A stretch of DNA of 64,000 nt, taken from the sequence record MF459647.1; one strand, 5' to 3'. Positions 1-9,953 of the stretch are shown one piece after another; position 1 is the first letter of the stretch; each line of letters opens with the position of its first letter. The position numbers and the translations under genes are program-made. The notes below the pieces were generated by a model. It did not search any database. It saw only the letters and a list, made by a program, of their open reading frames with translations, and had not been told where the DNA came from.

Positions 1-426
1 TGGTCGGGTTACAGTGATTACAACATCCGTTTGAATCCGCTTATCATCACCGATATTCTGAAACAAACGCGTCTGTTGGTCGGTCAGGACTTCCGAGCAT
101 TCTTGATGGCAAACTACAACCGCGGTATCGGTTCCCAAGCGGGCCTGGTGCGTGAAGTAGTGAACTATCTGTCAGGTCAGGTGGGTTATCGTTCGGTGAA
201 CACCGCGATTGTGATTGAAGAGAACAAAATCAAGTCCTACGACAAGTTCGAAAACTGGGGCGCGAAAACCATCTCGGCTAATCACATGGATACCGTAGGG
301 TTGAGTCAGTTGGATAAAGTCAACGACTACGACTTCTACCGTCTCTGTGCAGGTCTGTCACCGGAACTGCTGGCCCGTATGTTTTTAGTTATCGGCGGGG
401 AGAACATCGATGTCGGACGTAAATGA
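1..426 (+). CDS. Hypothetical protein, 5'-truncated
   Basis: Frame of track ORF 31..426 is open back to base 1. Its stop overlaps the start of the next gene. Confidence 0.7.
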   Translation, partial: WSGYSDYNIRLNPLIITDILKQTRLLVGQDFRAFLMANYNRGIGSQAGLVREVVNYLSGQVGYRSVNTAIVIEENKIKSYDKFENWGAKTISANHMDTVGLSQLDKVNDYDFYRLCAGLSPELLARMFLVIGGENIDVGRK

Positions 427-1705
427 TTTATCCGCGCAGATGGCCGCTATTAACGTTGTGGCCTCTACCGAGCTGGTAGAAAAGGTAAGCGACACGCACG
501 ACCTGGCCCGTCTTCAGAACAAACTGAACGAAAGCCGTAACCGTGCTGAAACCGTTCGTTCGCTGTTGGTGAATACCCAACCGCATGAGCTGACCGTTGA
601 AGCCGCGAACTACATCGACAACCAGCTCAGTTCTATTGGGGCGCTACAGGTGGACGGTACTACCGTTCAGGGCGTGGAGTCACTGGGTTACACCCTGATG
701 CCACGTCAGTTCCTGGAAACGCGCCTGGCGGGCTGTGAGGGCTTCCTGTCGAGCTGGGGTGCTAAGACCACCTTTATTGCTAAGCAAATCGCTGCGGCAT
801 TTAAAGATGCCTGGGTTCTGCTGCGTGAAAGCAACGACAGCCTACTAAGCCGTTTGGATGCGCTGGACAAAGACATACAGCAAGCCGGGACTTTCCCGGA
901 AGGCACCTCTGAGATTCTCATCGGGTTCCGTCTGTATAACCTGTTCCAGATTAATCACGAAGTAAAGGAAGACTGGATTAACCAGTTGAACAAAGTTAGC
1001 AAGACCATCAACGGCCTGTCGTCTAACTACTACGTGATGTCCAAAAACAACCTCAACAGCACGCTGAGCTATTTTGGTGGTTTCCCTAAGTTAGACGAAG
1101 CGAAAGCCACTGAACGCTACCTGATGCTACCTGCGTCGATTCCGAGCGTACGCTTTAAAGAGTGTACTATCGCCGACCGCACGTGGCCGCAGAAAGGCAT
1201 TGCTGCGTTCCGCAGTGTGGAAATGATGGGCGGGCGTTTCTTTATGGATACCCGTACCCTGGACCGTAACCTGTCGCCGAAGATTCCGGAAGACGTTAAC
1301 CAGTACCTGGTTGGGTATTTGGAAAACGACCGGACGTTCTTTAACAACAAGCCTGAGAAAGAGTATAACGATCTCAAAGAAACCGTGAAGACCTTGGGGT
1401 CTGAACAAATCAAACAGATCGTGAAGCTGGCCCGTACCCTGTTAAAAGACTGGGAAAAGGTGTACATCGACGGCGAGAAGCACAAGCTGGTTGATAAAGA
1501 CTACGAAGGCATCATGAAAGAGTTGCTGGACGCAGAGTGGAATGACGACCTGCGTTACTACGTGTTCAACGCCTTTAACGGCCTGGTCACGAAGAACCAG
1601 CAGGAATTGATTGAGCTGCGGGCGAAGGTGAATACCTACCTGGTGTTCTTAATCAACGGCATCATTGAGATTTGCTACACGTCGATTGAACTCAATCAGG
1701 AGTAA
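410..1705 (+). CDS. Head (inner/ejection-type) protein paralog with propeptide
   Basis: GGAG RBS. N-terminal region has QGVE-S and AGCE-GFL motifs. First member of the tandem head-protein array. Confidence 0.65.
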   Translation: MSDVNDLSAQMAAINVVASTELVEKVSDTHDLARLQNKLNESRNRAETVRSLLVNTQPHELTVEAANYIDNQLSSIGALQVDGTTVQGVESLGYTLMPRQFLETRLAGCEGFLSSWGAKTTFIAKQIAAAFKDAWVLLRESNDSLLSRLDALDKDIQQAGTFPEGTSEILIGFRLYNLFQINHEVKEDWINQLNKVSKTINGLSSNYYVMSKNNLNSTLSYFGGFPKLDEAKATERYLMLPASIPSVRFKECTIADRTWPQKGIAAFRSVEMMGGRFFMDTRTLDRNLSPKIPEDVNQYLVGYLENDRTFFNNKPEKEYNDLKETVKTLGSEQIKQIVKLARTLLKDWEKVYIDGEKHKLVDKDYEGIMKELLDAEWNDDLRYYVFNAFNGLVTKNQQELIELRAKVNTYLVFLINGIIEICYTSIELNQE

Positions 1706-1708
1706 GTT

Positions 1709-2749
1709 ATGACGCCGTCTGTGTTGATGTCCTATCGGGCAGGATTAGAAGAACATATCTCGTTACGAGAAAGCCATCAACAACTGATTGAGCTGGGTAA
1801 AATCCTGGACATGGACTTAAGCGCTGTGTCCGGGAATGAGGAGTTTGCAGACGACGCCAAAGAAGCGTTAAAAAGCGGTTTCATCTCGTTAGGTCAAGGT
1901 GTGCTATCCGCTAGTAAGTGGGTTGGGGGTCAAGCACTCGACCTGTTTACGAAAAGCATCTCCTCTGCCGGTTCTCAGTTGATGAAGGTCTTTGAAAGCA
2001 ACGAAGGTCTGATTCGGAAAATCCGAAACGCCGCGTCCGAACCGTCTTACTCGTTTAGTCTCTCCGTGGCACAGGTTGGGAACTTGACCTCAACCGGCCA
2101 CTGGAAAGATTTCGAGCATGACATGGATACGCTGTTGGCTACTCTGGAATCCACGTGGAAACACAGCAAGGATGTAAACGAGTATCTCAATAAACAGTTG
2201 GTGTGTGCCCGTAAACTGAAAGGTGCCAAAAGTAACGACGTTTTATTAAAGGTGATGGATGAGTTCGATGACATCACCTATCCCAAATGGAACCTTCCGG
2301 AACGCAATGGAAATACTATGTTGCTTTCTGACGTCTTACCGGAAGGTAAAGTCTTTAAATGTAATTACGACGCAAATGCCGGTAAAGTAGAATATTCTAT
2401 GTCCGGTGATAAACCTGCGGGCGAAAGCAGTGATATTGAATTGTCTAAATCTGAACTGGGTACTATCCTCAGCAAACTGGACAAGGTCAATGCGTTGCAT
2501 AAAGCCATGAAGCAAGCCTACGACAGTTATCTGAGCTTTATCAAAGACTGGGGGTCTATGGTTAAATCCGTGGATTCTGGTCTCGGTGAAGCAGAGGGAC
2601 TGAGTGGACATGTGGTTGGGGAAGCTGAAAAGCTGTTGGGTGGTGATGCCAAGGCATTATCATTCTATAGCGGGTTTTGCCCACGAGTGGTCAACTACAC
2701 TGACAAGTACATTCATGGTGTGCTTGGTGTACTCGCTAAAGTAATTTAA
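1709..2749 (+). CDS. Head (inner/ejection-type) protein paralog
   Basis: AGLE-E and SGNE-EF motifs in the first 50 aa, then an amphipathic helix. Lies within the array. Confidence 0.6.
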   Translation: MTPSVLMSYRAGLEEHISLRESHQQLIELGKILDMDLSAVSGNEEFADDAKEALKSGFISLGQGVLSASKWVGGQALDLFTKSISSAGSQLMKVFESNEGLIRKIRNAASEPSYSFSLSVAQVGNLTSTGHWKDFEHDMDTLLATLESTWKHSKDVNEYLNKQLVCARKLKGAKSNDVLLKVMDEFDDITYPKWNLPERNGNTMLLSDVLPEGKVFKCNYDANAGKVEYSMSGDKPAGESSDIELSKSELGTILSKLDKVNALHKAMKQAYDSYLSFIKDWGSMVKSVDSGLGEAEGLSGHVVGEAEKLLGGDAKALSFYSGFCPRVVNYTDKYIHGVLGVLAKVI

Positions 2750-2785
2750 TTAAATTCACTTTTGAAATTTCAAAGGAACAAGAAC

Positions 2786-4033
2786 ATGTCTTTAGATCTT
2801 CTGAATATGTACAAAGGCGCTGAAGAGCTGGACCTGGAAAACCAGGTTACTGAAACGGCTGAAGACGTTGCTGAAGAAGTGGCTCGCGCTGAAGTGGCTG
2901 AAGCGACTGTTGAGATCCAGGAGCAGGGTGAGCAAGTTGCCCAGCTGGTTGAAACTGTTCAAGACCTGGAAGAGCAGGTTGAAGAGCTGGAAGAAACCGT
3001 TGAAGGTCTGGAAGGCCTGCTGCGCTCTGGTAACTTCAACGCCGGCGCATTCGCGAACATGTACAACCGTGCTGCAAAACTGTCTGCCAATCTCGGCGGC
3101 CGTGCAACTGCGCGTATGGGTGCAGAATCTTTCTCTGACGCAGCGACCGCTCAGGTAATGGCGCGCGACGGCATGGAAGGTTTCATGGATAAAGTCAAGG
3201 GCTGGGGTAAAACCGCCATTGAATTCATCAAAAACATCTTCAACGCCGTGATCTCTTTCTTCGTCGGTATCTTCAACAAAGTTGAAGGCCTGCAGCGTCG
3301 CCACGATGCGCTGGTTAAGCGTGTTGATGCCGCTGAGAAAGTGAAAGACAAAATCAAGCTGGGCGGCTGGAACGTTTGGATCGACTACGAGAAAAACGGC
3401 GCGTCTGAATCTAAAGCTAACAAGCTGGGCGACGCAGTTACCAAACTGGTTGCTTACTGCGACGTAGCTAAGAAAGTTGAAAGCGCTAACATCGGTGCAT
3501 TCAACTCTGCGTACACCGCCCTGGTTAACGCGCTGAAATCTGGCACTTCTGGCGGTAAAGAAGTGAAAGAAGGCAGCAAGAAGAAAGTGATGCAAGAAAT
3601 CGGCGGTATCCGCGTTCTGTTCACTTACGAAGCTGAATCTGTTGATAAAGCAGAAGACGCTCCGAAAGCTGCTAAAGCGCTGAAACTGATGGTTGGTAAA
3701 GCGCCGGAAGCCAAGAAACTGACTACCGGTGAAGTTGCTGCTAAAGCTGACAAATCTGCGCTGAAAACCGCGCTGGGTGAAGTTGCTGGTTCTATCTCTG
3801 GTCTGCGTCAGGGCAAAGCCGATCGTGCATTCTCTGCTGCTGAGCGCGACCGCGTGATCGCTTCTCTGAACACCGTGAAAGCGGCTAACGACGAAGAAGC
3901 GAAAGAGCGTAAAGGTCAGGTTGCAATCGTGCGTGCCGTTTACTCTTCTGGCGCAAGCATCCTGAAAACTCTGGCTCAGGCCGAAACCAGCGCCGCTGAT
4001 GCTCTGCTGAGCTGCGTAGCTGCACACGTGTAA
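2786..4033 (+). CDS. Abundant head/inner-body protein (phiKZ gp93-type ejection family)
   Basis: AAGGA RBS before ATG 2786. Very acidic coiled-coil propeptide with KGAE, EGLE, MGAE and DGME-GF motifs. Ala/Lys-rich mature part. Strong high-expression codon bias. Followed by a terminator. Confidence 0.75.
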   Translation: MSLDLLNMYKGAEELDLENQVTETAEDVAEEVARAEVAEATVEIQEQGEQVAQLVETVQDLEEQVEELEETVEGLEGLLRSGNFNAGAFANMYNRAAKLSANLGGRATARMGAESFSDAATAQVMARDGMEGFMDKVKGWGKTAIEFIKNIFNAVISFFVGIFNKVEGLQRRHDALVKRVDAAEKVKDKIKLGGWNVWIDYEKNGASESKANKLGDAVTKLVAYCDVAKKVESANIGAFNSAYTALVNALKSGTSGGKEVKEGSKKKVMQEIGGIRVLFTYEAESVDKAEDAPKAAKALKLMVGKAPEAKKLTTGEVAAKADKSALKTALGEVAGSISGLRQGKADRAFSAAERDRVIASLNTVKAANDEEAKERKGQVAIVRAVYSSGASILKTLAQAETSAADALLSCVAAHV

Positions 4034-4062
4034 GTAATCCCGCCGGGATTGTTACTATAACA

Positions 4063-4094
4063 GGCCAGGTGAGCGAAAGCTCACCTGGTCTTTT
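4063..4094 (+). terminator. Intrinsic terminator, 12-bp stem, GAAA tetraloop, U-tract
   Basis: GGCCAGGTGAGC-GAAA-GCTCACCTGGTC-TTTT downstream of the stop at 4033. Confidence 0.85.
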
Positions 4095-4122
4095 ATATGC
4101 CTATTTTTATTTCGAGGTTTTT

Positions 4123-5223
4123 ATGTATCCGACAGTGGTGGATGAAAAGCTTGTCCTTAGCCCAACCACAGCACAGTCCTATGAGAGTGCACCGGATGGC
4201 TATGATGCGATGTTGTCTGATGAAACCGAGACGGCGTTACGTAAAGAGAAGGAAACCCGTAAGGATGACGTAGACGGGTCTGAGTCTCTCTATCACAGTT
4301 TATCACGCTTAGTGTTACCGAAACCTTCTCTGGAGACCGTCGAGGGCTCAGAGGGCGTTCTGGGGACAATTAAAGGTGGTCTGTCTCGTTTGTGGAAATG
4401 GCTTAAGGAATTCCTGGGCTGGTTACGCAACATGATCTTTGGTCGTAAGGCACGGGTCAATCGTCAAGTTGAGGATTTGGCACAGCTGATTAAAACCGGT
4501 ACGCTGAAACCCAAAGCCGTGTACCCGCACTCTATTGTTCCGTTGTGCCCTATTCAACGGGGTAAGCTGGGGGAGGTCCCGGGCAACCTGGAATGGTTGA
4601 AAGCGGAACAGAAACGCGTTCACGATTTTGTGAATACCGCTAAGGTCATTGTGAAGACCGCGGCTAAACAACTCAAGGAATGGGAACCGCTCTTCCGTAA
4701 AGTAGCTGACGGTAAAGAGGTGGATCTGGCTGCGTTCACGAAACCGGCGGTGTTAGGAGTCGCACTCTGGGGACCCCTTAAGTTACCGATTAAGCAACAG
4801 GACCCATACGACGAAATCCTGCATTACGAAGGTGCTATCTTTGGGTCGTATGAAGCCAATATCTCCGTCGTTGGGAATGCGATGGTATTTAGTGTCTCCA
4901 AGTATAACGGTTACACGGGTAAACAAGAGTTCTCTACTTCCCCCAGTACGGCAAAAGATATCTTCACGGAAAACGAAAGCCTGGGTAGCGCACTGGACAG
5001 TTTAAGCAGTGAGTGTGAAGACACCCTGAAGTCGGCTATCAAAGTGCTGGAGCGTGCTATTAACAGTATCCCCATGCAGTCCCGTGTTGGTCAGATAAAA
5101 GAAGCGACCCGTTTCATCAATTCTTATATTTCTGTGGTGAGTCGTTTCATGTCTTACTCAACGATTGATGTGCTGAAGATTCAAGAGTATATCAACCGTA
5201 CCTTGTTGTCTGCTTATAAATAA
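4123..5223 (+). CDS. Head protein paralog
   Basis: GAGG RBS before ATG 4123. DGSE-SL and EGSE-GVLGTIKGGLSRLWKWLKEFLGWLRNMIFG match the array motif. Confidence 0.65.
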   Translation: MYPTVVDEKLVLSPTTAQSYESAPDGYDAMLSDETETALRKEKETRKDDVDGSESLYHSLSRLVLPKPSLETVEGSEGVLGTIKGGLSRLWKWLKEFLGWLRNMIFGRKARVNRQVEDLAQLIKTGTLKPKAVYPHSIVPLCPIQRGKLGEVPGNLEWLKAEQKRVHDFVNTAKVIVKTAAKQLKEWEPLFRKVADGKEVDLAAFTKPAVLGVALWGPLKLPIKQQDPYDEILHYEGAIFGSYEANISVVGNAMVFSVSKYNGYTGKQEFSTSPSTAKDIFTENESLGSALDSLSSECEDTLKSAIKVLERAINSIPMQSRVGQIKEATRFINSYISVVSRFMSYSTIDVLKIQEYINRTLLSAYK

Positions 5224-5232
5224 GGAGGTCAC

Positions 5233-5727
5233 ATGCGTGTGGCTATCATGAATACCGCGGCAATCATCAATAACACGTTGAGCGCCGATAAACAGGAAGG
5301 GTTTAACCCCAACCTGTTATCACTGATGAACGTCAGTGAGAAGCTGTTCAAAATCGAATCGCCTTCTACTAATACCCATGCGCTGTTGGTAGAGAAGATT
5401 GATTTGGGAGAGCTGTTCTGCAATACCCCTATCGATTTACGTGGTCTGACTTTCACCGATTCCCCGGCAGTTGATTTGACGGGATGGACCCAGTCTCTGA
5501 ACGTCGATATCTTCCAAAACCTGCCTAAGTTGGATAACGAAGAGTGGGAGTATATTGCGGATGAAGATGTGTTAGGTAAGCATTTCTTAAACGCAATTCG
5601 TCTTACTGGTTTGGTTACCTTATCTCGCACTGAAGTATCGTTGTCTGTGTTGGATAACGTCATGACGATTGAGGCCGACAACGCCATGCTGTACAAGGGA
5701 AAGGTAGACGTTCTGCTGCCTGAATAA
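5233..5727 (+). CDS. Hypothetical, probably virion-associated
   Basis: AGGAGG RBS. Terminal motif ADNAMLYKGKVDV resembles that of 9222..9947. Confidence 0.6.
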   Translation: MRVAIMNTAAIINNTLSADKQEGFNPNLLSLMNVSEKLFKIESPSTNTHALLVEKIDLGELFCNTPIDLRGLTFTDSPAVDLTGWTQSLNVDIFQNLPKLDNEEWEYIADEDVLGKHFLNAIRLTGLVTLSRTEVSLSVLDNVMTIEADNAMLYKGKVDVLLPE

Positions 5728-5798
5728 TCTTATGTTTGTTGTATCCTTGGCCAAGGATATTTATCTTTTATCAACAATAAAAACCACGGGAATTTAAG

Positions 5799-6704
5799 AT
5801 GGACGAGACCATTGACAATTTTGATGTAATCGAAGATGCACCTATTGAAGCAGAGTTTGCAGGCGAACATGCCGAAACGCTGGTTGATGGGATGCTCGAT
5901 ACCATCCAGGGGAACGAATCTTTCCACGGCGGCCTGACTCGCGCTCAGGAATACCTGAAAGCTGTAATGGAAACAGACGGCGTAAGCTTCTACGCAGTTC
6001 ATGGCACTGAAGGTGTGATGGACAAAATTAAAGCTGGCGCACAGAAAGCCTGGGAAGCAATTAAACGGGCGTTTAAAGCTATCTGGTCTTTCTTCTTCGA
6101 TAAGAAGATTGAACGCCAGGCGAAGACTATCTTCGATACTGCAAAAGAGTATCGTCAGACTGCTGAAGAAAAGATGAAAGGTTATAAAGGCGACGTTAAC
6201 GCCGAAGCGCTGAAAAAGCGCATGACCATGATCGAAAACGTCGAGAAAATGCTCGACGAGAAATCTGACGCGGCGACAAAGAAAGCGCTGGAAGAAATGC
6301 CGAAAGATTTCGCGATTCACAAGCCGTATGTCGACATGATGAAAGACGCGGCAAAAGAAATCCGTGAAACCTACGGTCTGATGGATATCATCAAAGCGAT
6401 CCACAAACCGGCCGACGTCTCTACTGCGGTAACCAAACTGGAAGAAGTAGCGAACAAAATCGTTAAGCACCAGGAAAAGGTTCGCAATGTGAAGAGTCAG
6501 ATCGACTCTGCGCTTAATGAAATGGAACGCGCTGCGGCTGCTCCGTCGCCGGATAAGAAACATATCGAAGGTAACCTGAAGATTCTGAAGTGCTGCGCTG
6601 CGATCTTCCAGGACTACATCACTGCTATCCAGAAGAAGATGAACCTGGTCAGTAAGCTGATGAGCTCCATCGACCGCCTGTTTGCTAAACCTGCTCAAGC
6701 TTAA
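5799..6704 (+). CDS. Head protein paralog (helical, K/A/E-rich)
   Basis: QGNE-SF and HGTE-GVMDKIKAGAQKAWEAIKRAFKAIWSFFF. Propeptide shared with the next two genes. Confidence 0.7.
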   Translation: MDETIDNFDVIEDAPIEAEFAGEHAETLVDGMLDTIQGNESFHGGLTRAQEYLKAVMETDGVSFYAVHGTEGVMDKIKAGAQKAWEAIKRAFKAIWSFFFDKKIERQAKTIFDTAKEYRQTAEEKMKGYKGDVNAEALKKRMTMIENVEKMLDEKSDAATKKALEEMPKDFAIHKPYVDMMKDAAKEIRETYGLMDIIKAIHKPADVSTAVTKLEEVANKIVKHQEKVRNVKSQIDSALNEMERAAAAPSPDKKHIEGNLKILKCCAAIFQDYITAIQKKMNLVSKLMSSIDRLFAKPAQA

Positions 6705-6714
6705 GGAAAAGACA

Positions 6715-7788
6715 ATGTCTGAGATTGTAGTTGAAACGATTGAAGAAATCGAAGCAGCACACCCTCTGGTTGATTTCAGCCCGGAACTGGAAGCGGTATC
6801 CGAACATGCTGAAACTGTTATCCAGGGGACACTGGATACCCTGGACGGTACCGAAGGTTACGGCCTGACCGATGCTCAACGTTATCTGAATTCCGTGCTT
6901 TATGCCGCGGGTGAAGTTCCGGCTCACGTTGCCGGTAACGAAGGTGTGTTGTCTACCATTAAAGGTTGGGCGACCAAAGCTATCGACGCGATTAAGCGCG
7001 CGTTTAAAGCGATCTGGGATTACCTGTTCGGTAAGAAAGACGTAGAAGAAGAAGTTAAGCTGCTGCGTAATGACGTGAAGGTCACTGTTGAAAAGGTTAA
7101 CACCTTTAAGCAGAAAGCCAAGTCATCTTCTGAAGGCACTTCCGGTAACGTCGTTATCGCACTGGCCAACAACTACTCTCGTGCTGCGAGCGAAGTGAAA
7201 GCCACTGATCCGGCGTTGGCTAAGCAGTACGAAACTGCGGCCGAACAGCTGAAAGAAAACCCGGTTATCACCAGCATGTCCGACAAACGCATTGTGCTGG
7301 ACGAAAAGCTTTATAAGAAAATTAAAGCTATCGCCGCTGCCGCCGATGCGCATGTTAAGAAATGCACAGATGATTTCCTGGATCTTCGTGGTGAAATCCA
7401 CGATCAGGCTAACCTGTCTGAAATCAGTGTTTCTCTGTCGCCTAAATCTCTGCATAAGCTGATGAGCTCGGTCGACGGTATCCATGGTGTTGATGACATC
7501 ACCAAAGCGCTGTCGTCCCTTGACGCTGAAATTTCTGGTTGGGCACTCAACAACACCCTGACGTCCATGAAACGTATTCGCACTAAAGTCGAAGCGAAGA
7601 TCAAACGCTTCGAAAGTGAGATGAGCTCTCAGGACGCACAGGAGCAGAAAGCCATGCGTAACGATATTGGCGATTTCCAGCTGATTGTTCGTATGTGTAA
7701 AACGGTGATCAGTCGTATGGAAGCTCAGCTCAACGCAGCTAAACGCATCGCAAAAATGCTGCCGAAGTTACATCGTCTGCCTGCGTAA
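6715..7788 (+). CDS. Head protein paralog
   Basis: AAGGA RBS before ATG 6715. DGTE-GY and AGNE-GVLSTIKGWATKAIDAIKRAFKAIWDYLFG. Confidence 0.7.
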   Translation: MSEIVVETIEEIEAAHPLVDFSPELEAVSEHAETVIQGTLDTLDGTEGYGLTDAQRYLNSVLYAAGEVPAHVAGNEGVLSTIKGWATKAIDAIKRAFKAIWDYLFGKKDVEEEVKLLRNDVKVTVEKVNTFKQKAKSSSEGTSGNVVIALANNYSRAASEVKATDPALAKQYETAAEQLKENPVITSMSDKRIVLDEKLYKKIKAIAAAADAHVKKCTDDFLDLRGEIHDQANLSEISVSLSPKSLHKLMSSVDGIHGVDDITKALSSLDAEISGWALNNTLTSMKRIRTKVEAKIKRFESEMSSQDAQEQKAMRNDIGDFQLIVRMCKTVISRMEAQLNAAKRIAKMLPKLHRLPA

Positions 7789-7797
7789 GGAGGGACA

Positions 7798-9225
7798 ATG
7801 TCCACTGCAAAAGACTTGCACCTGTTAAGTCTTCTGTATGGGGCTCCCGCCGAACAAATCGAAGAAATCCTCACAGGCTCTGGGTGCGCTGCGCTCAGAG
7901 CCGCTTTACAGGAACAAGACCTGTTAGATTTGTTAGCGGCTCCCCGTGAAGATTTGTGCAAAGCCATTCGTTCTATTCTCAAGCTGTATCTCGAGCGGTC
8001 ACAAGACCATCGGTATGAGCAAATGAGTGTGAGCGAACCTGTGGGGGCGTTACTGGAAGAAATCCGTACCGCAACCAATAACGTCAACGACCCACCTTTA
8101 CCGAGTCTGCAAACAGTTGCCCGTGGCCTCATCGGTCAAGGTAAGCTGCCTAATGATTCTGAAAGCACACGTCCGGTCGAAGAACTGATCGACGTGCTGC
8201 AGAAATTCATTAACTGGGGATTAGATACCGTAAGTGATGAAGCTGTACAGAGTCCTTACCCGCTTCCTCGGTTAGTGCACGTTATTGTGTTTTTGGATGA
8301 CGTCATGGTGATGTTGAACACCTATCTTACGTGTAAAGACAACCCTGATTATTCAGAAACCGAACTGATAAAAGAGAGTTTACCCATGAGTGAAACTATT
8401 CTGCTGGATCTGCCGGATGATGCATACGGCAACGTAGAAGAACAACTCGACCACGCCACCACCATTGTGGACGGTATGGAAGGTTTCCTGTTAAACGACT
8501 CGCCACGCGACCTGAGCTATGCTCAGCAGTACGTACACGGCGTGCTGTATGCCAACGGTGCTATTCCGCAGATGCGTGAAGGTAACGAAGGCAAGATCAT
8601 GGACACCATCAAGAAGTCTGCCCAGAAAGTATGGGACACCTTGATGAGCGCCCTGAAAGCCATCAAAGATTTCTTCTTCGGTAAAGCCGATAAAGAAACC
8701 CAACAGGCTGCCCTGGCCATCGCTGATAAAAACAAAGCGACCCTAAGTGCCACTGACGACAAAAGTGCCGAAATCAAAGACACCGCGAAAGCCGGCCTGT
8801 TGAAACTGGCAGAAGCGTCTGATGAAAGCGGCGAGTTCAAGGCTGCAGCAGAAGGTCTGAACACCGTGTCTGATGCACCGTCTACGCTGGACAAGCTGAA
8901 GAACCTGATGAACAAACAGGTCTCTTCCGGCGGTAACCTGCGTAAGCTGTACGAAGCAGCAGAGAAAAAGGTGCAGGACCTGAAAGCCCTTATCTCTAAA
9001 GCCGACAGTGTGGCTGACGACGATAAAGAAGGCGCGGCAGCAGCGAAGCAAGAGCTGCAGGCTGGCATGACCGAAGCCAAAGAAGCGCTGACCGAAGCGA
9101 AGAAAGAAATGGGCCTCCACAAGAAGTTCATGAACGGTCTTCGCAAAGCCATGATCAACATCACCATGGCCATCTTCATGCACGGCAAGAACGTCGCTGA
9201 AGAAGTGAAAGAGGCGAACGCATGA
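7798..9225 (+). CDS. Head protein paralog with an extra N-terminal domain (possible internal start at 8386)
   Basis: AAGGAGG RBS. From M197 onward it aligns with the two preceding paralogs (DGME-GF, LSYAQQYV, EGNE-GKIMDTIKK). Confidence 0.65.
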   Translation: MSTAKDLHLLSLLYGAPAEQIEEILTGSGCAALRAALQEQDLLDLLAAPREDLCKAIRSILKLYLERSQDHRYEQMSVSEPVGALLEEIRTATNNVNDPPLPSLQTVARGLIGQGKLPNDSESTRPVEELIDVLQKFINWGLDTVSDEAVQSPYPLPRLVHVIVFLDDVMVMLNTYLTCKDNPDYSETELIKESLPMSETILLDLPDDAYGNVEEQLDHATTIVDGMEGFLLNDSPRDLSYAQQYVHGVLYANGAIPQMREGNEGKIMDTIKKSAQKVWDTLMSALKAIKDFFFGKADKETQQAALAIADKNKATLSATDDKSAEIKDTAKAGLLKLAEASDESGEFKAAAEGLNTVSDAPSTLDKLKNLMNKQVSSGGNLRKLYEAAEKKVQDLKALISKADSVADDDKEGAAAAKQELQAGMTEAKEALTEAKKEMGLHKKFMNGLRKAMINITMAIFMHGKNVAEEVKEANA

Positions 9226-9947
9226 AAAATATCCACCCCCGTGTCGTAGAGTTGTTGTCCAAGCAATTGCCGGCAACCGCACAAATTACGGGGGCAGTTT
9301 CGGTATCGGAAACTGAGTCGACCATCCTGGTGAAAATCAGTGGGGTAAAGAACCAGTTTAACTTACCGAAAACGGATATTGGAAATCGCTACCCGCATCG
9401 TGCCACTACCCTCACGGTTAGTCGGATGTGTACCTATCGTGACGCTATTCAAAAGCTGAGCGATCGTGACCGTCTGTTCCTGCTTGGGGGTGTGGATTAC
9501 GACAACGCTACCACACGTTTAGAGTTTGATGAAAACGGCAGGGGCGAAATTGCCCTGGCAATCTTGGACGACAGCATCATCTACACCGGAGCCATTAAGG
9601 TTAACCTGGTGTTAGCAGAGAAAGCGCTGACAACCAATGCCGAGCCGTTTACCTTACCATTAAGCTATGAGCGTGTAGCCCTGGCGTTAGTCCGTAAGGT
9701 GTTTACGGTAAAAGGCAATGTCTTTACCGGTAATCAACTCACCAAAGCATTTTGTCAAGCAGTTGTGTCGCACCTGACCTCATTCGGCTTTCCTTTATAC
9801 AAGGATGCGCTGGAACAGATGCAGCAGGGTGAAGTGCTTTCGGTTCACAACGACGGCGTTAGCGATATTCTCACGCTCCGTACTCTGAGTGGGATTTGTT
9901 ACCTGATACGGTTCAAAACTCACGCTGAGGATGCTCCGGTATTGTAA
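9222..9947 (+). CDS. Hypothetical, probably virion-associated
   Basis: ATGA overlap with the previous gene. Contains a DSIIYTGAIKV motif. Confidence 0.6.
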   Translation: MKNIHPRVVELLSKQLPATAQITGAVSVSETESTILVKISGVKNQFNLPKTDIGNRYPHRATTLTVSRMCTYRDAIQKLSDRDRLFLLGGVDYDNATTRLEFDENGRGEIALAILDDSIIYTGAIKVNLVLAEKALTTNAEPFTLPLSYERVALALVRKVFTVKGNVFTGNQLTKAFCQAVVSHLTSFGFPLYKDALEQMQQGEVLSVHNDGVSDILTLRTLSGICYLIRFKTHAEDAPVL

Positions 9948-9953
9948 TCCTTC

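Noticed and set aside
2792-6698. Long antisense ORFs 2792..4027 and 5730..6698
   Set aside because: In-register shadows of codon-biased head genes, with atypical F/Q/R-rich composition.
8523-9284. Antisense ORFs over the K/A/E-rich head paralog
   Set aside because: Low-complexity S/A/L translation typical of reverse frames of K/E/A-rich genes.
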